The notes below the pieces were generated by a model. That model saw nothing but the letters and a program-made list of their open reading frames with translations. It searched no databases and was not told where the DNA came from. Source: Octopus sinensis (lineage: Eukaryota). From it: 64,000 nucleotides of DNA. The position numbers and the translations under genes are program-made. Within the stretch, counting starts at the first letter, position 1. Every line of letters begins with the position of its first letter. Location of the stretch: contig NC_043007.1 in assembly GCF_006345805.1 (NCBI RefSeq), positions 55,676,001-55,740,000 on the forward strand. The letters are read 5' to 3'. Shown in pieces: positions 12,291 to 26,051 of this stretch.

Positions 12291-12756
12291 AAGAAACGGA
12301 GTTAACTAGTAAAATGTTAGCTTTTCCTTTTCACAACTGCAGACAACAATTCTATATTTCTGTTTATCCTTGGTTGGCCTAGCAGCGTTTGCGTCGCTTT
12401 CTCGCCGTTGGTGATTATTTACTGCTACCTTATTAACTTTCACTTTCGTTTTCGAATAAAAACAACTGAACTAAAAAATAATAAATAATAACAAAAAAAG
12501 CACACATGTCTATATAAATATCTTCATTAAACCCAAACAAAAAGATATTAATGAGAATAACAGGAAGTTAAAATAGTAGACGTTTATATAAATAATTTGT
12601 AAATGAAAGAATAAGAAAAATAAACTGTTGAAAAAATACGGGTGATATAGAAGAAAAGAAGTGATATACGCCGCGTTGTTTTAAGCAACCTATAAGGGAA
12701 CTGTTTCGTTCTTTTTTTTTTTTACACTCGCACACACACCTTTGTGTGTGTGTATG

Positions 12757-12806
<50 letters not shown>

Positions 12807-12956
12807 TGTAATACTCCTAGTTATTCGTCTCGTTTCTGTTCGGGCTGAAAGTCGGATCTGCCGTAACTTCCGACATTCAGCACTATCATAGTCGTCGTTA
12901 CAGTTGTCTCTTCAGTAACAGCAAGAACACAAACAACAAGACAACCAACGACCAGA

Positions 12957-13066
<110 letters not shown>

Positions 13067-14425
13067 TTATAATGCTTTTCGATATTGGTACTAAGTAAGG
13101 AAAAGAAAGCCCTAACCAAACCGAAACGACAGTTAAGACGACATTAACGAGAATAACCAGAGCAATAAAAAGAAAACCACACACAAAAAAAAATCAACCA
13201 AACAAACAAGGAAGGAGTTATATTTTGCAGGAAATCGTTCACTTTTAAGAAGAACCTTTCTCCTTCTTCTGGTCATACCAAGAGCTGAAGAGCACGTACA
13301 CATACAAATACATACACACACACATTAAAGCAGAGACATAGACACATTCACACATACACACACACAGAAACACAGACACACACATCCAAAAGTAAAAATG
13401 AATATACATCAGTAAATGCACAATCTCTTAAATATGTATGTATACCTTTAATTAGCACACACATTGCAAACAATATAAGTAGACATATACTCACATACAC
13501 GTATATACAATAAGCATTAACACAAACATATATACAATCCCCCACACAAATACAGCACTCTTGCATACACGCATATTCTCTCTCTGTATCTGTGTCTTTC
13601 TCTTTCATTCGGTCTCACAATCTCATTGTTCTTGTTCTCTCCCCTTCTCCCTCGCTCGCTCACTCACACACACACTCACTCACTCACTCACTCACTTACT
13701 CACTCACTCACTCACTCACTCACTCACTCACTCACTCACTCAGTCTCTCACTTTCTTTTTTTTCTCTCTCTCTCCTGCTCTTTCGCACACAAATACACAC
13801 ACGAAAAACACGTAGGGACATGGACAGAGATATATATTCATAAACACATGTAAATAGATGCACACGCACTCACAAAAACATTAATATAAATATATACACA
13901 AACACAAAAAAGCATACACTCATCTATCTATCTATTTATCTATCTGTCTGTCTGTCTGCCTCTGTCTGACTGTCTTTCTCTCTCTCTGTATATATATATA
14001 TACATTCACAAACATATATACATACATATATCTACACACGCATATATATATATACACACACACACACACATACATGTATGTATATATGGATCTTTTCCCA
14101 CAAACACACATTCAGTTTATAGATATCAATTGATGACCCAGACGTAACCGCGTTGTCAGTAACACATATGTGTGAGCATCATTTTGGGAAAAGCTTGGCC
14201 GAACGGGCTGCCGTGTGTTCCAGCGTGGTCAACACGACCGCTTTAATAGCAAGAAGAATTGCTTAACAGTATCTTTACCTCATACTGACACCACTGTACA
14301 ACCACAGCTGGTTTTTCTCTTTTATCGCCCCTCGACATCCCTCCCCTTTGAGAACCTAGCTTGTAAAAACCTCTTTGGTTTTTCACGTACATTTTTGCAA
14401 GTCGTCTGCCAACACCAGTCTACGA

Positions 14426-14614
14426 ATGACCTGGAATCAGGACCCCGACAAGACGGCACAGAAAATGGTGAAGGTGGTTGAGACGGGTGTATTCGTCCTC
14501 TCCGGCCTTCACTTCTTTGTTGGACTGGTCAGTGTGTGTGTCGGAGTAGTGTCCAGTATTAAGGCTGAAGTATGGTTAGCACACAGCGTATCACCAATAT
14601 GGAGCGGTGGATTT
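14426..14614 (+). CDS. First coding exon of a four-TM CD20/MS4A-like membrane protein (TMEM196/TMEM212-like)
   Basis: ATG at 14426; 63 codons MTWNQDPDKTAQKMVKVVETGVFVLSGLHFFVGLVSVCVGVVSSIKAEVWLAHSVSPIWSGGF. It has a hydrophobic helix and the SPIWSG motif (TMEM196 has SPVWSG). It is a GC-rich island with a phase-0 GTGAGT donor at 14615-14620 and a possible acceptor (ttttgcaag) at 14399-14400. Confidence 0.8.
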
Positions 14615-15082
14615 GTGAGTATGATTTTTTTGTTATCAAACTTGGTCAGTATATGTGTATATGTACGAATGTGCATGTCTGTGTGCATATATGTGTGTAT
14701 TTATGTGTAAATACGTATATATTTTAATCTTATAGATAGGCACATAGTCATACACATATATACACACACATATACATATGTATATATGAATATACAAGCA
14801 CGCACATACAAACATACAAACGCGCACACACAGAGATACACGCACGCTCACTCATAGGTATATATGTGTGCATATATATCTACACATACTGTTACGGAAA
14901 GCATGTGTATGTGTGCGTGTATACACACACACACATGTATGCATAAAATATAAACACCCTGCATATGACACACACACACATATACATATGTCTGTCTGTC
15001 TGTCTGCCTGTATGTATGTATGCATGTATGTATATATATATGTATGCATATATAAATATCTATCAATATATATATATGTGCA

Positions 15083-15154
<72 letters not shown>

Positions 15155-15301
15155 TTTATCCTTCACATTTTGATGACATCCGTTTTTACGTAGACATTTA
15201 CATGTATGTAAATGTATATATGGCTACATTTATGTATGTATCTTCGTATCTCTTCCTTTGTCACTGTCTCCTTCTGTCTCTCTGCCTCTGTGTGTGTGTA
15301 T

Positions 15302-15393
<92 letters not shown>

Positions 15394-15952
15394 TATATAT
15401 ATATTCATATATATAGATGTATAAATCTATTCATGTGTGTGTGTGTGTGTATTAATTTGTTTGAAAGGTTTTTGCATATACTTTATTATGTATGCGCTCA
15501 CACGCTCATGTACACACCTGTAAGGATACACGCATCAATAAATATTTGTTTGTGTCGTTCATATTGGCAAAGCTGTGTGTATGTGTATGAGAATGTGATG
15601 CGCGCACGCGAGTACATACATAAGCGCACGTACATGCACGCATCGGTTCATTGGATCACTGGATCATTCTCAGGTGTTGTTCAGCTGGCCCTTACACGCC
15701 GTTAATACCATATATCACGATTTTCACAGATTGTCATTTTAAGATGTTAAGATGAAGAGGAGGTAGAATGCAACGGCATATCAAATATTTTTGAAGAGAA
15801 GGAATATACAAAATATTCGTATTATAAACAAAGGAATATAATGATGAACGAAATATCATCGTCTTGGTTTAGTGATAATTTGTTAAAATGACATGAATAT
15901 ATCTATCAACGGGTACACATATTGTGTTAAGGTGTAGGGTTCATCACAAGCT

Positions 15953-16013
<61 letters not shown>

Positions 16014-16024
16014 CACATATATGC

Positions 16025-16071
<47 letters not shown>

Positions 16072-16879
16072 TTCATATACATGCATACATACACACACAC
16101 ATATATATTTATATATATGGTGTATGAGTTTATTTATACAGCACACATATATGCATATATATACATACACATACATACACATATGTATGCATATATATAT
16201 ATGTATGTATGTACGTATGTATGTGCGTATGTATATGTGTTCGTATATACACAAATACATACACTCGAATACACATTAGTATACATTTATATAATTTACA
16301 AATACACTTGCAGAGCAATCAGGAAAATCTGTGAAAACCATTGTCACATACATCCACTACCTCGTAAACAAACATCCCCAAAATAAATAAATAGATAAAT
16401 AAATTAATTAATTAATAAATAACATAACATATCGTAAAAGACATCTATTTATCTATGAAGCACTACTCTACATACACACACCGCTTTTGTTTCACATACA
16501 CGTATCATACATGTGCGCGTACGCACACAAACATACACACACATCCACACTTAAATGCGTACGCATGTGGCTCTTTTGTTTGTAAAATTAGGAGGATCAT
16601 GTGGGAAAGATAGAGACACGTGTTTCAATATGAGGAAACAGCATAAATAAAGTATTGCAGTTAAAAACTGTGAACTGTGCAACTTCGTGTGTATAGGTTG
16701 AGAGTTCACATCTCTTGCGGGTAGGCAGCAAGTACCATGTATACACTAAGGTCTGTTTCTATGCTTGTGTCTCTCCTACGAATTAGTGACTTTATGCTTG
16801 ACTAGGAAATCGATCAACACATACATTGAGGCTCATACGTTGATGCACCTCACCAAATGTTATTTCTTTTATAATATTT

Positions 16880-17200
16880 GCTTTCGTCGTCCTACATTCT
16901 AGGTTCAAATCACACCGGGTCTGCTATGACTTTCATCTATCCGGAATCGATAAACTAATCGATAAACTAATCACCATTAATATATTGTATCCGATTCAAT
17001 CATCTATAAATCTCTTCAGAATAATTGGATATGGAGCTAGTCAAAAGAAACCAATATAACTAGATCTATGGAAGACTTTTTGTCGACAGAAACAGAGGAA
17101 TACCACGTTGCAGTATGTTGCTTCATCTATCTACGTGCTGAGTTCAAATGATACGAAGGATCGATTTTTAGCATCGTATATTTCATGGATCAATAAAATA
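16880..17200 (+). mobile_element. Two highly decayed SINE fragments of the Meta-domain type family
   Basis: B-box-like ggttcaaatc / gagttcaaat followed by degenerate tttcatc...tcgataaa motifs, as in the better copies at 50.3 and 58.8 kb. Confidence 0.4.
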
Positions 17201-19616
17201 TCTTTTCAATAATTTCCCTGTGGTCGATATAATCAACTATATTTCTCCACTGCAAAAATTTGCTGTGTCTAGTCAATACACACACACACACAGACGAACG
17301 CACGCACGCTACACACACACACACACACTCACACACACGCTCACACACATACACATACCTGCGTATCTATATAGATAAAAATACACACACATATGCATAT
17401 ATATATATACACATTTATACATTTTGTGTGTGAATATACGCACACACACATGCACAAATGACAACATAATCATACTTTATGCATACAAAAGTGTTTTGTG
17501 TTTATATATTTTTTCAGTATTCTACATATTTCACCGAATTCTCAAAATATCTACTAAACTTATTCTAACAGTCAAAACATTAGAACAATCATCATATTTT
17601 CTGCCATATTCTGGATGTTCTGCTGGGCCTAAAAGTGAAGGACTAAAGACTGTGTTTATGGTTGATCGCGACTACATAGGCACCTAAAACAACTAGCGAA
17701 GGCGTGGTACATGTTACAAAACTATACTCTTTTGTGCGCAATGGCTGGCTGTTCACCTGACTTTTCTATACACATTTCATTTTTGATAGTTGGAAAGCGT
17801 AGAATCGAACCGTCCAGCTCAGTATAGAGGGGTCCATGGTATGCATCGTTTTATTGGCGCCGAATCATTTTATTGTTCAGTGGATTTCTCACCTTCGAGT
17901 CGAAATTACCCAAATTCCATTTGTTTTTGCACCTCATTTCTATTAACAGGAGGAACATCGTACTATTTAAATGTGTTTTGTCAGCATGTTTCTTATATAT
18001 CATTTTATATATGTCTTAATATCATTTCACTCTTAAGATATCTTAAAGTGAATATGTTTAGCTGTATTTCCGTTTTCTTATACTGATGAGAAATAAATCT
18101 CACTGGACAGGATATCAGACTATCCCATGTAATAGTCTAGTGGATCTGGTGTTTATTCTTGACAACTAAGGCACATCATCTGCTGTGAAGTTGGATTTAA
18201 AACGTTTATACTGCTTGCCCGAAACCATATTTTTTCTCTCAGTTATTATTTTCCATTATTACAGTTCAGAAGACGTTGATTACCGCTATACTCAATTTTC
18301 CTTTATCATATACAGTCTCGCTATTATGCCCCATTTCTTCCTCTCCCCACCTCCTCCTCTCCCTCATACATGCATACACTTATGTTTACTGTATCACTGT
18401 CTCTTCATTTCTTACTTACCCTCTCTATCTTCCAATTCTAACTTATGCATTCAGTTGACAACACTCCATATTAATCATTTTATTCATTCTGTGATGTATT
18501 CCATTAACCATTCTTTCAGTTATACACAAACTCCAGTCATTTGCTAACACATTCAAACTCCATTTCTTTCATAGGCACACATGCAAGTTCTTTGCTGCTA
18601 GGTGAAGATGCTAGGACTGTTCAAAGTCTTGCCCATGCTATAACAGTAATAACAGTAATAACAGTATAACAGTAATAAAAAAAAAAACAAGTACATAAAG
18701 TAGAACACTACATCACTCGTAAACAGAGCCGGATTAAGACTTACTACCACTACCCAACAACGAAGGCCTCTTCATTCTCCAATTGTCTCTCTTGACTCAT
18801 TAAGATAATACATACTGAATCTGAAATAGAAGATAACTAATTCTGATTTCTTTCAAACCAGACACCACAATTATTCTAAATATTATCATTTTCTTTGTAA
18901 AATTTTATTTATTTAACGTTATTTAATGGTAATATAAGCAAATTCTTAATAGAGCAAATTATTAACTCATTTTTTTCACTTATTTTAGAATATTTTAAAA
19001 AAACAATTATTATAATTTATCATTAGTACCGTGAAAAGTACAGCACTGGAAAAAATTCAAGGTGATCTTCACGCTTAAGTTTTATACTCAAAACAAGTGA
19101 ATATTTTGTTAACTGGCTGATCTGATCCTCTTCTTAAATCAGAACTGTTAAGTCAAAAGACAGTCTATTACAACCCGCTTTTAGTATCACCTATTATCTC
19201 AGAGTGATGGGGTCGTACTATCTGTCTTAGAGTCTCTGTTTCTCTCCTTCAACTCTCTAGAGACTCTGTAACATAGTGACAATGGGAGGAATTGAACCTC
19301 AGTTACAATTATTAAGATAGGATGAGTGTCATAAACGAGCAGCCAAAAGACATCCAAAGGGTCATGAATTGTACCTGGTCACCAGTTCTGTGAGCATGAA
19401 TGAGGCATTTGATCCTAGACAGCTCAATTTATGGAGCTGTACACTCGAACCCAAAAAACATTTCACTGCCGGAAATTAATGTACTGCATACAGTGCTGAG
19501 TACTGTGATCAAATCGCAGATGTTTATATTTAGTACAACGAAGGATGCTGTTAGAGTTTACTCGACTTAGATATACTCTATACAGGTGTCTCCTCTGAAT
19601 GGTCACCCACGACCAT

Positions 19617-19681
<65 letters not shown>

Positions 19682-19789
19682 ACGTGTGTGCGTGTATGTA
19701 TATATAGATATGTGTGTGCATTTGGATAAACTTGCAGTCGAGAGTGTGCAAGTCGTTGCAGAACGCTAGTACGTATATTTCATTATTGT

Positions 19790-20390
19790 TTATGAGTGTG
19801 CGTATAAATGTAACCCATATGCATATATAGTTGTGCACATATGCCACTGGAAACTCAAATAGAGAATATACTTGTATGTTTTACAAGGTTTTACTGTTCC
19901 TCTGATCGATTATGTATGGAAAATACGAATCAGTTTCTGGAGAAATCAAGTATCTGATGTTACGTAACCCAGTGCACCGATGATAATAAGAACAAATGAA
20001 AGCCTGTAGACTGGATATAAGAGTTGTAGATTTTACATCAATTCTTAATAGATATTTGCCCCCCGTATTCTGAAAGATATTCACATGTGCTGGGCAGCTA
20101 ATCTCTACAATGTACCATGACTTTTGCTCCTTGTCATATACAACCATATCTGGCCTGTTGTGCTTACCAACGGGTTGCAGATATTTTTGGAATGTTTTAC
20201 CTAGATCCTTTAATTTTAAGTGTACATATATTCCTTGATTATAGTGTGCTTTTGGTGTACGAAAGGACAATCTACTTTGCGTATAGCGTAGTAAACTTAG
20301 TGACAATGTCATGTTTCATTGGGAAGTAGTTTCTGGTAAATATTTTTGGACAACTACGGACGTTATGAGTGATATCTGTCACACTTGTAT
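19790..20390 (-). mobile_element. RLE-type LINE 3' remnant (zinc knuckle end plus PD-D/ExK endonuclease)
   Basis: ITHNVRSCPKIFTRNYFPMKHDIV (end of the CCHC knuckle and the RHD motif), KHNRPDMVVYDKEQKSWYIVEISCP, and an FVPIIIGALGYV remnant. Confidence 0.8.
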
Positions 20391-21149
20391 GGCATAAACA
20401 AGTTTATAGATATCCGTATCTAGGCTCAGGAGACTACTATCCTTGACAATATCACTTGCATTTTCCACCCTGAGCGACATATACACGTGTATGTATGTAT
20501 GTATGTATGTATGTATGTATGTATGTATGTATGTATGTATGTATGTATGCATGTATGTATATATGTATGTATGCATGCATGTATATATGTATGTATGCAT
20601 GATTATGCATGCATGTATATTTACTATATATGTAAATTTGTATATATATATGTGTGTGTGTGTGTGCGTGTGTGTGTTTGTATAAACATATATATATATA
20701 TATATGTATGCATGTATAAATGTATATATATGTATGTTTATATATCTATGTATATACATATGTATACATTTATATCTATGTTTATGTACATGTACACACA
20801 CACACACACTCACACACATATATATATATATGCATATATACATATATACGTATATAAATTTTCAGATGTATGCAGACGTGTGTATACATATATAAGCATA
20901 CATACATGCATACATAAGTGTGTGTGTGTATGTATGTGTGCGTGTTCGTGTGTGTATATGTATGTGTGTGTGTTCTCCTTTCTCTACTTAATTTCATTTT
21001 GAACGGTCAACTTCCTGCTAGCAAGGTTGTGAAAAAAGCGTATCATTTTGATCGCCATCCTTAAAATATTACAGTCTTGCACATTTTTATTGCCCAGATA
21101 TTGTAGTTGTTCTGATAATAATACCTATGAAACTAAAAAGCGTATCTTA

Positions 21150-21460
21150 GACACTTAATTTGCAAACTCCAAGAGTTATTGTTTACTGAGATATATCTGG
21201 GTGTAGGTGTTTTCTCTGGAATTTATTGAAGATATTCATCCAGGAGCCATTTCAATGTTATAAAATCTTTTTCATATGTTATGTGTGTTGGGATGATGTT
21301 AAAGAGAGCAGGGCCAGTTGAGGTGAAATAGTTCTGTTTTAGTGTTGCAGTATGAGGCCAGTATAATTTTTGTAGAGAACGGATGGTATGAGCATCAAGG
21401 CTTGGGTGAATTTTAAAATTGATGCCAATACCATTTCGGCATTGCTGTCGCAATATTTTC
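21150..21460 (-). mobile_element. 3' end fragment of a CR1/Jockey-type LINE
   Basis: YFTSTGPALFNIIP...LKWLLDEYLQ*IPEKTPTPRYISVNNNS parallels the C-terminus of the 22.3-24.7 kb element (GPQLFNILP...LDLFL..VPDEP). Confidence 0.7.
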
Positions 21461-21521
21461 CAATTGATATGTGTGTGTGTGTGCGTGCATGCATGCGTGT
21501 GTTTTTATATTTATGTATGTG

Positions 21522-21557
<36 letters not shown>

Positions 21558-21796
21558 TTATATTCATGTATGTATTATATATAAATATGTTATGCTGATG
21601 AATATATGCTTATATTTATATATATATTATATCTATCTATATATTATGTAAAATATATATGTTTATATATTTATGTATTATTCAAACATATTAATCATAT
21701 ATATATTCTGTTAAAATAAATGTTTTGCAATACATCGTGTTTCACCGTGTGTAGTCACCCTATATACACACACGCACATTGTTACATACATATATA

Positions 21797-21860
<64 letters not shown>

Positions 21861-21892
21861 AATATATATATGTATATATATATGTATGTATG

Positions 21893-21935
<43 letters not shown>

Positions 21936-21988
21936 TTATGTATGTATGTATGTATCGGTGAATATATCTATCTATATTACCAATATAA

Positions 21989-22025
<37 letters not shown>

Positions 22026-22071
22026 TATATACATGTATTTATATATGCATTTGTGTAAATAGATTTGGTCA

Positions 22072-22228
<157 letters not shown>

Positions 22229-22346
22229 TCCTGCCTGTCTGTCTCTCTGTCTATGTATATCTTCAGTATATAAATGCATAATATAATTAATATATAAAAT
22301 ATTTTTAGATTATAATTTACATATAAATATATATATATATATATAT

Positions 22347-24772
22347 ATGGATATTATCCATAATGTTAATGTGATGCCGACAATGATCTCGGATCACAAC
22401 ATAATAGAGCTGTCTATGTATGGACCAAAAGCCCCCGTAGACACACAGCCTATACGAAGCATCCACCATCTCTCCAACTTAAACTTTCATAAAGTAAACT
22501 GGAAGTTGATTGAGAAAGAGATACTCAAACAGGATTGGCCTAAATGTCTCTCCACACCGGACATTAACATGAAACACAAACACTTCATGTCCATAATACA
22601 AGCCATATGTGACAAATATGTCCCAGTGTGCAGGGCCAGCACACACATAAAGAAAAACAGGATCCCTAGAGAAAGGAAGATTCTTATGAGACGACGGACA
22701 AGGATTGCGAACCGCCTGAGCAAGCACACCAAAAGTGGTGAGAAGTCTCGGCTCGAGAGAATGCTAATGGAAATTGAGAAAAGTCTGCATCAGTCCCAGG
22801 AAAAGGAGAGAGCAGATAAAGAAGTTTGGGTAATAGAAAATATAAAATCAAACCCTAAAGCTTTCTTTAAGTTTGCCAAAGAGACAGCCACAGTGCACCA
22901 GAGAATAGGACCTCTCTTCCAAAAAGATGGCTCTCTCACAGGAAATCCCACGAGGATAAGTGAAATACTGAACGAACAATTCCGAAGTGTGTTTACTACA
23001 CCTCTAGGACACAGGCAAGTAAACAACCCAGAAGAATTCTTTGCCACTTTACCAGCGGCCAAAGAATACATCAATATCGAAGATGATGATATCACACTAG
23101 CCATAGATGAGATTGACACAAACTCAGCTGCTGGACCTGATGGATTCCCAGCGATCCATCTCAAATCGTGCAAACGAGCCCTTGCAAAACCGCTACAGCT
23201 TCTTTTCAGAGCTTTCTTGCAAGTGGTAAGCTTCCAGTCAAATTGAAAGAGGGGGTAATATGCCCTATCCATAAGGGAGGTAGCAGAGCAGATGCTAAAT
23301 ATTATAGGCCTATCTCTCTGACCTCACACATCAGCAAAGTCATGGAACGAATAGTGAGTAAGAAACTAATCATGTTCCTTGAAGAAAATGACTTGCTGTC
23401 TGACACCCAGCATGGATTTCGACCAGGTAGAAGCTGCCTAACACAGCTCCTGCAACACTATGACTGGGTGTTGAAACAGTTACTAAATGGCTCAAATGTG
23501 GATGTAATATATCTCGACTTTGCAAAAGCCTTTGATAAAGTCGACCATGGTATGATCTGTCACAAACTGCGTGGTCTCGGCATAGGCGGAAAACTTGGAG
23601 AGTGGCTGCACAACTTCCTAAAAGACAGAAGACAGGCAGTTGTGAGCGATGGAGCCACCTCCGAGGAAACACAAATAACAAGCGATGTCCCACAGCGCAC
23701 TGTCTTGGGGCCACTGATGTTCATAGTGGCCCTTTCAGACATGCCTTCAGTTGCTACGATGACCACGCTTGCTAGCTATGCAGATGACACAAAAGTCTCC
23801 CACGCAATACAAAACCCTGAAATAATTGCGCATCTGCAACAGGAGTTGGACACAATATACAGGTGGGCTGAGGACAACAACATGCAGTTTAATGCAGGTA
23901 AGTTCCAGGCCCTGCGCTACCGGCAGACAAAGGTAAACGACGTGCAGACTAGATACACTGGCCCAGGAAGAATTGCAATCCCTGAGTCAAAATCAGTGCG
24001 TGACCTGGGCATTGACATGAGCAATGATGCATCTTTCCAAGTGCATATTACTAATCTGGTGATAAAATGCAGACGGCTAGCTGGATGGATTCTCCGAACT
24101 TTCAGAACAAGAGAGAAGGAGACACTGATGGTCCTATGGAAAACATTCGTCCTCAGCCGCTTGGACTACTGCTCCCAACTATGGTCACCACACAATATAA
24201 AACTAACAGCAGAACTCGAAGCAATTCAGAGAAGCTACACAAAGAAAATCGTCTCAATGCAAAATATCAGCTACTGGGAAAGACTGAAAGTATTGAACCT
24301 CTTCTCCCTAGAGCGGAGGCGGGAGAGATATGCGGTGATGTACATCTGGAAGGTCCTGGAGGGTATTGTCCCAAACTTTGGCATTCAAAGTTACCCCAAC
24401 CGCAGAACGGGGCGCCACTGCATGGTGCCAAAGATTCCAACATCACTATCAAAATACAGGTCCAGATACTGCAACAGCTTGGGTTTCAGAGGACCACAGC
24501 TCTTTAACATCCTCCCTAAATGCCTGAGAGACTTACATGGTGTGGATGTGGGTTTCTTTAAAACTAAGCTGGATCTCTTCTTGTCGGGAGTCCCAGATGA
24601 GCCTACCTCACGACAGGAGACGCAGATGCGGGCAGCAGCATCGAACTCCCTTGTTGATCAAGTGCCACGTATCAGAGGTGGATTCACATATTAGTGTAGC
24701 TCATTCAGCGGTGGTGCCCCAGCATGGCCGCGGCTTTCGGGCTAAAACATTTTTAAGGATTTAAGGATTTAT
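22347..24772 (+). mobile_element. 5'-truncated CR1/Jockey-type LINE with a nearly continuous ORF (end of APE, RT, C-terminus)
   Basis: ORFs 22347-23246 and 23168-24694 join through a 1-nt frameshift in the T run at 23203-23206. Motifs: SDHNIIEL, AGPDGFP, YRPISLTSHISKVMER, LDFAKAFDKVDH, DVPQRTVLGP (consensus GVPQG), YADDTK and SLERRRERY. It ends in a short (TTTAAGGA) tail and is flanked by TA-rich microsatellites. Confidence 0.93.
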
Positions 24773-24850
24773 ATAATTCACGTATATGCATTATACATAC
24801 ATACATATATATGCACACATATACATACATGCATACATATATACATACAT

Positions 24851-24891
<41 letters not shown>

Positions 24892-25049
24892 TACATATAT
24901 ATATATGTATGTCTGTATATATCATATAATTTCTAAAAGGAGAAGCTTCGAAAGCGTGGGGACACTAAATCGGTTTCAGCTTCAATTCACGTTTAAGTTT
25001 GATATTTGTGCATCACCATACACAAATGCGCGTCACCACCCCTATACAC

Positions 25050-25390
25050 ACAACATAACTTTGATTGCATGCAAAGCTTTTACACTCTACTGATTATCAT
25101 GGTATAATAGACTCGGATACTCTCAGATCCACAAATATATTATGTTTTCTTTTCTACTCCTATGATAATGGCCTCTGTACTTCAGACCTTGTCCGTCTCA
25201 TTTCTCCATCTCCTCCTCGGTACCTTCATTCCACTCGACTCTCCATCGATCGTTTTCCAATGTTGCATTAAAACATTGGACCCCGCAGTAACCACCATAT
25301 ACAGTCATTCTTCGCAAGAAAATTCGGATAGAATCATCTACCTGGTGACTTCTTTTCTGCACGGGTTCAAGTTTACCAGTCTTGCTGGCC
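25050..25390 (+). mobile_element. Decayed LINE 3' fragment (probably the same family type as 6.9-8.3 kb)
   Basis: LFYSYDNGLCTSDLVRLISP...STRLS and a YSHS...NHLPGD-like remnant. Confidence 0.5.
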
Positions 25391-25429
25391 CTACAAGTGT
25401 GAGTGTGTGCGCGTCGGTTTGTTTGTTTG

Positions 25430-25499
<70 letters not shown>

Positions 25500-25624
25500 A
25501 ATGCTGCAAGCTGACAGGATATATTCAGAGAGCCGGTATAATGGTCTTGCGAATTTGTTTAAATACCGCCGAGGTTAACTTTCCATAATAATCTTCTGAA
25601 ATTCAAACATATATATATAATTTA

Positions 25625-25871
25625 ATAAACACAGTATATGCTTTTACGCGCTACTATTAGTTTCATCTGCTGAGAGCATGCAAAACAGTATTTTTAAACA
25701 CGTTTGGTGTCCTAGAACAATCATCAGGCATTTTCTACATGGCATACGTCGTTATGCCATGTGGGCAGTGCCTGATGATTACGCTACCACATTAGATGTG
25801 TTTAAAAATACTGTTTCGCATGTTCTCGGTAGATGAAACTAATAGTAGCACGTAAAACATATATTGTTTAT
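25625..25871. repeat. Imperfect fold-back, about 120-bp arms, 6-nt loop (25747-25752)
   Basis: The apex is acatggcata-cgtcgt-tatgccatgt. The arms pair out to ataaac/gtttat with one internal loop. Confidence 0.9.
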
Positions 25872-25930
25872 GAAATAATATTTATCTTTCACCAGATGGA
25901 GTACTATTTTTGTTGATCTTACCATCACGG

Positions 25931-26020
<90 letters not shown>

Positions 26021-26051
26021 TATACTATACACACACAAATACATACATTCA

